In this document: positions 17,849 through 24,402 of the stretch, piece after piece
Layout: each line of letters opens with the position of its first letter
How positions within the stretch are numbered: the stretch's first letter is position 1
Assembly (NCBI GenBank): GCA_963832085.1
Contig: CAWHSU010000003.1
Coordinates: 22,229 to 86,228, forward strand
Origin: an uncultured Actinomycetes bacterium
GTDB lineage: Bacteria; Actinomycetota; Thermoleophilia; Solirubrobacterales; 70-9
Length of the DNA: 64,000 bases
Direction of reading: 5' to 3'
Notes under the pieces: model-generated
Database searches by the model: none
Told to the model about the DNA's origin: nothing
Seen by the model: the letters and a program-made list of their open reading frames with translations, nothing else
Program-made: the position numbers and the translations under genes

Positions 17849-18973
17849 ATGTACTTCGACCTCACCGACGAGCAGCAGGCGATCAAGTCGACCGCCCACG
17901 ACTTCCTCTCCTCGCGCTTCAAATCCGACCGCATCCGGGAGATCGCTGAGAGCGAGAGCGGCTTCGACGAGAGCGGCTGGAGGGAGATGGCCGAGCTCGG
18001 CTGGGCCGGGCTGGCGCTGCCGGAGGAGTGGGGTGGACAGGGACTGGGGATCGTCGACCTGGCGGTGCTCTTCGAGGAGATGGGCTACGCCCTCGCTCCC
18101 TCGCCGCTGCTCTCCAACACGGTCGTCGGCTTGGTGCTCGCCGCCGGCGGCTCCGACGAGCAGCGCGAGCGCTACCTGGCGCCGCTCGCCGCCGGTGAGT
18201 TGCGCGCCACGCCGGCCTTGGTCGACGCCGGCGCAGCGGCGGAGCCGGGGATGTTCACGCTGGACGCCGAGTCGGCTGGCGACGGCGTCGTCCTCAACGG
18301 CGAAAAGACGCTGGTGATGGACGCGGCGAGTGCCGACCTCTTCCTCGTCGCCACCTCCGACGGCCGCCGCCACCTCGTCGAGAAGGGGGCCGAGGGCGTC
18401 ACGGTGATACCCGAGGAGTCGATCGACCTCACCCGCCGCCTCTCCTCGGTCCGGCTCGACGCAGTCCAGGTCGCCCCGGAGGCGACGCTGCCGGGTGAGG
18501 GATCTGACTACTTCCCGGTCCTGCACCGCGCCTGCGTGGCGCTCGCGGCCGAGTCCACCGGGGTCGCCCAGCGCTCGCTGGAGATGTCGGTCGCCTATGC
18601 CAAAGACCGCCAGCAGTTCGGGCGGCCGATCGGCGCCTACCAGGCCGTCTCCCACCGCTGCGCGCAGATGCTGTTGGAGACCGAGAACTCCCGCTCCGCC
18701 GTCTACGGCGCCGCCTGGGCCGCCGACGCCGAGCCGGAGTCGCTGCCGCTGGCGGCCTCGATGGCCAAGGCCTATTCCTCCGATGCCGGCTGGCGGGTGC
18801 CCGACGCGGCAATCCAGGTCCACGGCGGGATCGGCTTCACCTGGGAGCACGACCTCCACTTCTTCCTCAAGCGCGGCCGCGCCAACGCGGCCATGTTCGG
18901 CAGCGCCAAGTGGCACCGCGAGCAGGTCGCCGAGGCCGTCCTGGCGGGCGAGACCGCTCCGGCCAGCGCCTGA
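17849..18973 (+). CDS. acyl-CoA dehydrogenase family protein (second subunit candidate)
   Basis: TAG-ATG abuts the upstream ACAD. ACAD-like sequence is present throughout (YQAVSHRCAQM, IQVHGGIGFTWEHDLHFFLKR). Confidence 0.85.
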   Translation: MYFDLTDEQQAIKSTAHDFLSSRFKSDRIREIAESESGFDESGWREMAELGWAGLALPEEWGGQGLGIVDLAVLFEEMGYALAPSPLLSNTVVGLVLAAGGSDEQRERYLAPLAAGELRATPALVDAGAAAEPGMFTLDAESAGDGVVLNGEKTLVMDAASADLFLVATSDGRRHLVEKGAEGVTVIPEESIDLTRRLSSVRLDAVQVAPEATLPGEGSDYFPVLHRACVALAAESTGVAQRSLEMSVAYAKDRQQFGRPIGAYQAVSHRCAQMLLETENSRSAVYGAAWAADAEPESLPLAASMAKAYSSDAGWRVPDAAIQVHGGIGFTWEHDLHFFLKRGRANAAMFGSAKWHREQVAEAVLAGETAPASA

Positions 18974-18984
18974 GCTGATCCAGG

Positions 18985-20013
18985 ATGGGCGCCCTCGATC
19001 GCATCTCCGTCGCCGCGATCGGAACGTCGGTTGCCGACCTCGAGGCGGAGACGCTGCGGGCCGAGGCCGCCGGCGTCGAGTGCGTTTGGGCGCCGGAGCT
19101 CTTCCGCAGCGCCGTCACCCAGGCCAGCTACCTGGCGGCGAAGACCGAGCGGATCGGGGTCGCTACCGGCATCGTCTGGGCCTTCACCCGCAGCCCCTTC
19201 ATCCACGCGATCAGCGCCCTCGACGTCGACGAGATGTCGGGCGGGCGCTTCCGGCTGGGGATGGGGGCGGGGGTCAAACGCCTCAACGAGACCTGGCACA
19301 ACGCCGACTACGGCCGGCCGGCGCCGCACCTGCGCGAGGCGATCGAGGCGACGCGGCTGATCATGCGCCAGGCCAGCGCGGGTGAGCCGATCCGCTACCA
19401 GGGCGAGTACTACGACATCGACATCAAGGGCTGGGTGCGCCCGCACCCGGCGCCGCGCGAGGCGGTGCCGATCTACACCGCCGCCGTGCAGGCAGGGATG
19501 GCGCGGATGGCCGGCGACGTCGCCGACGGGCTGATCGGCCACCCGATCCAGAGCCTGCGCTGGATCGACGAGGTCGTCGTCGATGCTTTCGAGGAGGGCC
19601 TGCGGCGCTCCGGCCGCCAGCGCTCCGACTTCGACTACCTGCCGACCGTCTGCTGCGCGATCGACGACGACGAGGGGCGGGCGATCGAGATGGCCCGGCG
19701 TACGATCTCCTTCTACGCGACCGTGAAGACCTACATGCCGCTCTGGGAGCTGCACGGCTTCGCCGACAACGCGGTCGCCGCCGGCGAGGCATTCCGTCGC
19801 GGCGATCTGGCGGCGGTCCCGGCCGCGATCAGCGACGAGATGGTCGAGGCCTACTGCGCCGCCGGGCCGCTGGACAAGGTCCGCGCCCGGGTCGAGGCCA
19901 CCGCCGAGCGCGCCGACGGCCTCTTCCTCACCCCGCCCACCTACTTCATCTCCCCCGAGGAGCTGAGCGAGTTCCAGAACCGCATCATCGACGCCTTCGG
20001 CCCGGAGGCGTGA
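18985..20013 (+). CDS. LLM-class (luciferase-like) flavin/F420-dependent oxidoreductase
   Basis: AEAAGVECVWAPELF...RIGVATGIVWAFTRSPF...GRFRLGMGAG is typical of LLM TIM-barrel proteins. Confidence 0.85.
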   Translation: MGALDRISVAAIGTSVADLEAETLRAEAAGVECVWAPELFRSAVTQASYLAAKTERIGVATGIVWAFTRSPFIHAISALDVDEMSGGRFRLGMGAGVKRLNETWHNADYGRPAPHLREAIEATRLIMRQASAGEPIRYQGEYYDIDIKGWVRPHPAPREAVPIYTAAVQAGMARMAGDVADGLIGHPIQSLRWIDEVVVDAFEEGLRRSGRQRSDFDYLPTVCCAIDDDEGRAIEMARRTISFYATVKTYMPLWELHGFADNAVAAGEAFRRGDLAAVPAAISDEMVEAYCAAGPLDKVRARVEATAERADGLFLTPPTYFISPEELSEFQNRIIDAFGPEA

Positions 20014-20327
20014 ACGCCGAGTCTGCGAAAACCGGCGATATAGGCCGGTTCTCGCAGACTCGCGAGTTCGAGGTGCTGGAGCGGGTGCGTGAGATTCCGG
20101 AGGGGTTCGTTCGCACTTATGGGGATGTCTCGCCGGGGGCGCCCCGGTTCGCCGGGACCGTCCTCTTCCACGCCGAAGATCCCGACCTGCCGTGGTGGCG
20201 CGTCGTCCGCGCCGACGGTTCCCTGGCCAAGGCCGATCGCCAGCGCGCGCTGCTCCTCGCCGAGGGCGTGCCGTTCCGCGGCGCCCGCGTCGACATGGAG
20301 CTCGCCCGCCTCCCGGCCGGCGAGTAG
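20010..20327 (+). CDS. alkyltransferase-like (ATL) / MGMT DNA-binding-domain protein lacking the acceptor cysteine
   Basis: VREIPEGFVRTYGDV ... LPWWRVVRADGS. The PCHRV active site of O6-alkylguanine transferases reads PWWRV here. A GTG start overlaps the upstream stop (GTGA). Confidence 0.7.
   Translation: MNAESAKTGDIGRFSQTREFEVLERVREIPEGFVRTYGDVSPGAPRFAGTVLFHAEDPDLPWWRVVRADGSLAKADRQRALLLAEGVPFRGARVDMELARLPAGE
20018..20062. repeat. 19-bp (one mismatch) inverted repeat inside the 5' end of the ATL ORF
   Basis: CGAGTCTGCGAAAACCGGC, loop GATATAG, then GCCGGTTCTCGCAGACTCG. Confidence 0.5.
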
Positions 20328-20328
20328 G

Positions 20329-20604
20329 TCAGCCCCGTTCCATCTCCCGCTGGACGTCGGCCTCGGTGATCCGGTTGCTGGGCCCGTAGGCCTTCCAGGC
20401 CTGGACGACGACGGCAATGCCGACCCCGAGGATCACCCAGACCGGCCAGAAGTAGCCGCCGTCTCCCATCGCCCAGATGACGATGCAGACGAGGACGGCG
20501 AAGGCACCGCCGGCGGCCATTCCTTTGAAGTCCTGCTTCAGCTTCAGGCGCTGAATCGCGAGTTCGCGCGCCTGCTCGGGCTTGTCGATGCCTTCCTCGG
20601 CCAT
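20329..20604 (-). CDS. 2TM-domain small membrane protein
   Basis: A basic/acidic N-terminus is followed by two helices (GGAFAVLVCIVIWAM, WPVWVILGVGIAVVVQAW), as in the 2TM family. Confidence 0.65.
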   Translation of the reverse strand: MAEEGIDKPEQARELAIQRLKLKQDFKGMAAGGAFAVLVCIVIWAMGDGGYFWPVWVILGVGIAVVVQAWKAYGPSNRITEADVQREMERG

Positions 20605-20632
20605 GGCGGCATCCTAGCCGCCATGGCCGAGG
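20595..20632 (-). terminator. 16-bp perfect hairpin after the RiPP-like operon, overlapping the start codon of the 2TM gene
   Basis: CCTCGGCCATGGCGGC (20595-20610), loop ATCCTA, then GCCGCCATGGCCGAGG (20617-20632). It lies 13 nt downstream of the stop at 20645-20647. ATG 20604 sits inside the stem. Confidence 0.55.
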
Positions 20633-20644
20633 TCGTTACGCCGG

Positions 20645-21169
20645 TTAGGGGCAGATGACGATCAGGTGGAAGTCGGCGTCCTCGGGGCCGCCGTCTTTGT
20701 CTTTGGTCCGGACCTCGATCGCGTTTGGGTTGGCGGCGGAGGTGTTGGTCTGCGCGTAGCCCGAGTTCGGGACCGTGGTGCCGGCGTTGTTGCGGGCGGC
20801 GACGTTGGCGCAGGTGGAGACGTTGAACGGGAAGACGATGGTCACCGCTCCGCCGCCCTCGGTCGCCGTGATGCCGGTGCCGCTGGCGCGAGCCAGGGCG
20901 GCGTTGCCGGGGTTCGCCGGGTTGTTGACGACCGCCCAGAAGGTGTGGGTGGCGACCTTCGCGAACGGCACCGTGCCGAGCTTGTTGTTGTTGATCTGGA
21001 ACCCCGTCAGGGTGTCCTGCTTCAGCTTGCCGCCGCCGATCGTCTGCTTTTTGATCGCACCGCCGTTGATCGACTGCGCCGCGTATGCGGTTCCCGCCAG
21101 GGCGGCGACCAGTGCGATCAGCGCCACCACCATCGCCGGCGATGGGCGCCTCTTCATCAGCGTTTTCAT
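20645..21169 (-). CDS. secreted/anchored 174-aa protein, third gene of the RiPP-like operon
   Basis: An ATGA start-stop overlap links it to the upstream gene. Signal/anchor is PAMVVALIALVAALAGTAYA. The mature part is Asn/Gly/Thr-rich with two Cys (STCANV, VICP). No recognised domain. Confidence 0.65.
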   Translation of the reverse strand: MKTLMKRRPSPAMVVALIALVAALAGTAYAAQSINGGAIKKQTIGGGKLKQDTLTGFQINNNKLGTVPFAKVATHTFWAVVNNPANPGNAALARASGTGITATEGGGAVTIVFPFNVSTCANVAARNNAGTTVPNSGYAQTNTSAANPNAIEVRTKDKDGGPEDADFHLIVICP

Positions 21170-22731
21170 TCTGGATTCCCTTCCAGTCGTGGTCTTTCGT
21201 CAACCCGCCCAAGCGGCGGAAGCTGCGCCTGTCCATGGGGAGGCGCGAGTGACTCTTCGAGCAGTACCCGCTGATCGTGAAGATCAGCCTCGGAGAGGCG
21301 CCGTAGCTGCCCCTCGAGCGCTTCCAGGGGACTGGAACGAAAGCATTGGGGCTGGGCGATGCCATGGCGATCGCGAAGATCGCAGGAGTCGAGCTGCGTC
21401 CAGAAGTAGGGAACGTCTCCGCGAAGTAGATCGCCGACCTCGCTCCCGATGAGTCTTGCGCCGGGAGCTTCAAGTGACGATTGATGGGTCTCCAGGCTGG
21501 TGCGCAAAGCGTGTTCTCGCTCCTCTGTCGGAGCGGCAGTCGGCTGCAGAAGCTGGAAATACCGGACCACATAGTGCGCCGTGAAGCGAACGATGTGCCT
21601 GACTCGCAGCTCGCCGCTCCGGAGGCTGGTCTCGACCTCTCGCCGAACCCGGTCCCGCTCGCCCAGCATCACTCGGTAGCCGAGTTCGAAGCCGGCGAGC
21701 AGATCGGGGAGGAAACGGGACGGCTCGACCAGATGGCCGCTGTGGTCACTCCTGCGGTTGGCCGCGTGGAAGTAGGGCATGCGGTAGCCGACCATCTGCC
21801 GGCCCCCCTCGCGCAGGGAATGGACCGCCCAGCGCCGGCACGAGCCACCGCCTTGAAGGCCTGAGTTTGCAACGGTCGGGCTGGGCCTCTCGATCAGGCC
21901 GCTCGAGGTCACGTCGGTTGGCGAGATCACCTCGGGAAAGCGATAGAAGGCGGTCTCGAAGTCGATCGCCACTGGATGTGCCCCCACCGCCAGCACGTTT
22001 TCCATGTGCAGGTCCGTGATGTTGAGCGCGTAGGCGGCGGCGGCGAGGGCGCCGAAGCGGAAGTAAAAGCGCTCGAGCGCCCTCTTCGTATGGCTGCGCT
22101 GCGCCGTCGAGGCATAGGCGACGAAGCCGTACTCCTCGCCCAGCGGTGCGTACTTCAAGGTTGCGAAGAGAGCTTCATCCCCACGGCCGGGAGAGATCTC
22201 CGCCAGCATGGACGAGACCAAGTGATCGCTCCGCAGGTTGACCGGCTTGTAGACGACGGCCTGTTGGGATGAGAAACGAATGAGCACCGGGCGCTTGCCA
22301 TCGTTGTGGCTCTCGGACCCCAGCGCCTCGATGGCGCTGATTTCAGAGATCGCGGGAGAGCGCTGAAGCGGCAGCTGTGGGAGGTGAGAGCAGGCACGCG
22401 AGAGCGCCTCCGCCAGGTTCTTCGCCTGCCCCTCCAGGCGGCGCTCGGAAAGCTCCCTGAGCCAGGCGGTGTGGGAAGGATGGGCGATCGAGCTGGCCTG
22501 GGGGTCTTGGCCTTCCCTCCGGGCGATCCGACCGACCGCGGCCGCTACGACCGCCGTCGGAGTCATGGGTTCATCCGCTGCCTCTGCGAGTTGTTCCCGG
22601 ATCCGGCGGACCGCTGATTGGGACAGCGGCAAGGTCGAGGCTGAAACTACTTCAGCGAGGGCCGCCTCGACCCTCTGCCGGTGGGCTTGGGAAAGAGAGA
22701 CGGCGGGGTCAGCTGCAGGTGCCCGAGGCAC
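21166..22731 (-). CDS. stand-alone LanM-type dehydratase (lipid-kinase-like, DUF4135) domain protein without LanC cyclase domain
   Basis: GSESHNDGKRPVLIRFSSQQAVVYKPVNLRSDHL, ITDLHMENVLAVGAHPVAIDFETAF, RVRHIVRFTAHYVVRY and GDLLRGDVPYFWTQ all match the conserved blocks of class II lanthipeptide synthetase N-terminal domains. The ORF ends at 521 aa with no SxxxGxxG / WCxG / CHG cyclase motifs. Confidence 0.85.
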   Translation of the reverse strand: MPRAPAADPAVSLSQAHRQRVEAALAEVVSASTLPLSQSAVRRIREQLAEAADEPMTPTAVVAAAVGRIARREGQDPQASSIAHPSHTAWLRELSERRLEGQAKNLAEALSRACSHLPQLPLQRSPAISEISAIEALGSESHNDGKRPVLIRFSSQQAVVYKPVNLRSDHLVSSMLAEISPGRGDEALFATLKYAPLGEEYGFVAYASTAQRSHTKRALERFYFRFGALAAAAYALNITDLHMENVLAVGAHPVAIDFETAFYRFPEVISPTDVTSSGLIERPSPTVANSGLQGGGSCRRWAVHSLREGGRQMVGYRMPYFHAANRRSDHSGHLVEPSRFLPDLLAGFELGYRVMLGERDRVRREVETSLRSGELRVRHIVRFTAHYVVRYFQLLQPTAAPTEEREHALRTSLETHQSSLEAPGARLIGSEVGDLLRGDVPYFWTQLDSCDLRDRHGIAQPQCFRSSPLEALEGQLRRLSEADLHDQRVLLEESLAPPHGQAQLPPLGRVDERPRLEGNPE

Positions 22732-23308
22732 AGCACCTGGTGGTGTTCACGCCGTACTTCTCGATCAGCGTCGCTTCCAGGGACTTGAGGTCGAGTTCGT
22801 CCTGGCGCGAGGGGCTCTCCGTGAGCACGAGGTGGTAGGTGAATTCCGAATTCTCCAGCACGACGATCTGACGCGCTGGCGGCGAGTAGCCACGGCTCTC
22901 GAGCACCTTGCCCGGGTTGCGGATCAGCTCGGCTTTGAAATCGTCGTCGCTGAGGGAATCCGCGATCACGTCGCTCGGAAGCCAGCACTCGAGGCTGTCG
23001 TCGTCATGCATCTCCCGCGAGAGAATCTCCAGCAGGGACTCGCGCGAGAGCTGCGCCAGGTGTTTCTTGCGCGCCGGCAGCGCGAAGAATTTGATCTCCG
23101 CCGAATCGACCGCCACACAGAAGGTCTTGTTGTCAGGCCAGCGGGAAATCCGTTCCCGCAGCAAGCTGGTGGGATCGGTGAGTAGGAGCGCTCGCACCTC
23201 CGGGTCCGTCCAGGCGGCGGCCGTCACGCTTGCCGGCAGGATCGTCCAGTCCATGATCTCGGGAACCTCGAATCGGGTCTCGGTTTCGGACTGGGCCAAC
23301 TCTGGCAT
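22709..23308 (-). CDS. RiPP precursor candidate: two tandem nitrile-hydratase-like leader (NHLP) domains plus Cys/Ser/Thr-rich C-terminal core
   Basis: AAGGGA lies 7 nt upstream of ATG 23308. NHLP-like block 1 is AAAWTDPEVRALLLTDPTSLLRE...TFCVAVDSAEIKFFALPARK. Block 2 is SDDDFKAELIRNPGKVLESRGYSPPARQIVVLENSEFTYHLVLTESP. The C-terminus is LIEKYGVNTTRCCASGTCS. Confidence 0.75.
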   Translation of the reverse strand: MPELAQSETETRFEVPEIMDWTILPASVTAAAWTDPEVRALLLTDPTSLLRERISRWPDNKTFCVAVDSAEIKFFALPARKKHLAQLSRESLLEILSREMHDDDSLECWLPSDVIADSLSDDDFKAELIRNPGKVLESRGYSPPARQIVVLENSEFTYHLVLTESPSRQDELDLKSLEATLIEKYGVNTTRCCASGTCS

Positions 23309-23494
23309 TGCGCTTCCCTTCGGTTGGGAACTCGGAAGGTCCCCGCGGGGGCCATTGAAGTTCGCTGAATGTAGGAAGGCGGTCGGACGAATCGCAGCTC
23401 CGCATCCCCCTTCCCGCGTTAGATAACGCACCGAAGCCCGCCAGACAGCCGGGAACCTCGGGATTTGCGCAGAGTCCGCGTCTGAGAGTTGCCG

Positions 23495-24157
23495 CTAACT
23501 CGGCAAAGCGGAGACGAAGCGCTCGAAGGAGCCGATGTCGGTGACTGCAGGCCCGTGACCGGGCAGGATCAGGGAGGGCTCGAGCTCGGCCAGCTTGCGG
23601 ATCGAGCGCCGGTTCTCCGCCGGGTCGGGGGTGAGGTCGGCCGGGGGCTCGGCCAGCCGCGTCCGCATCGTCACGTAAGTGATGTTGCGGATCACGTCGC
23701 CGCAGAGCGCGACCCGGTCGGAGTCGCGGAAGAAGATCACCTCGCCCGGGGCGTGGCCCGGCGCGTGGACGACGCGGAAGCCGGCCACCTCGTCGCCCTC
23801 CTGAAGCACGCGGTCGACCTTGTGGGGCGGTCCCGTCCACATCTTGCCGAAGGCCTGGGCCACCGGCTTGGGGCTTGCCGCGACCGGCCGCCGCCCCTCC
23901 ATCGCGTCGACGTCGTCGGCATGGCAGGCGAGCGGAACCCCGCGCGCCTCGCAGACGGCCTTCGCGCAGCCCTGGTGGTCGGGATGGACGTGGGTGAGGG
24001 CGACCATCGAGATCTCCCGCCCCTCGAGCTCGGAGAAGATGCGGCGCTTGTCCCAGCGCCGGCCGGCGTCGATGAGAACGTCCTCGGCGAGGTAGACGTT
24101 GATCAGGGGGCGGGGTGCTTCCTTCAGCCGCCAGACGCCGGGAGCGAGGTACTTCAA
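23495..24157 (-). CDS. MBL-fold metallo-hydrolase
   Basis: ALTHVHPDHQG (HxHxDH) and later VHAPGHAPG and ILPGHGP. Confidence 0.85.
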   Translation of the reverse strand: MKYLAPGVWRLKEAPRPLINVYLAEDVLIDAGRRWDKRRIFSELEGREISMVALTHVHPDHQGCAKAVCEARGVPLACHADDVDAMEGRRPVAASPKPVAQAFGKMWTGPPHKVDRVLQEGDEVAGFRVVHAPGHAPGEVIFFRDSDRVALCGDVIRNITYVTMRTRLAEPPADLTPDPAENRRSIRKLAELEPSLILPGHGPAVTDIGSFERFVSALPS

Positions 24158-24402
24158 TGGGAGATCCCGAGCCCGTCGCGGGGCTCGCCGCTGTGCTGGG
24201 CGAGCTCTTCCAGGCGGGCGATCTGCCGCTCGCCTTCGAGCCGTGCCGGATGCCCCGCCGGCAGCGGCTCGATCAGGCGGCGGATCCGGTTGCGGACCTG
24301 GAGCGCGAAGTGGGGGGTGACGGGACCGGCGAGGGCACGGATGTCCTCGACCGTGATCTCCTGCGCCTGCCCGAGCAGCTCGGGGTTCTCGGACTCGCTC
24401 AT
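24154..24402 (-). CDS. hypothetical 82-aa protein
   Basis: 4-nt overlaps with both neighbouring genes suggest an operon. No recognisable domain. Confidence 0.45.
   Translation of the reverse strand: MSESENPELLGQAQEITVEDIRALAGPVTPHFALQVRNRIRRLIEPLPAGHPARLEGERQIARLEELAQHSGEPRDGLGISH

Noticed and set aside
16652-18916. 754-aa minus-strand ORF antisense to the two acyl-CoA dehydrogenase genes. The same applies to 36679..39930 (-), 47363..50581 (+), 50863..53739 (+), 2496..4673 (+), 41807..44998 beyond about 42100 (+), 60122..62092 upstream part (-) and 60799..62319 (+).
   Set aside because: The translations are Arg/Gly/Pro/Ala/Asp-rich low-complexity sequences with no motifs. The opposite strand or another frame carries clearly recognisable enzymes. 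Long stop-free antisense frames are expected at about 70% GC.
23495-24402. MBL-fold hydrolase and the 82-aa ORF, considered as members of the RiPP-like operon (possible tailoring or leader-processing enzymes).
   Set aside because: They are separated from the precursor gene by a 186-nt gap that contains palindromes and a likely promoter. They are instead tightly overlapped with the upstream cell-wall-binding-repeat gene. Association cannot be supported from sequence alone.
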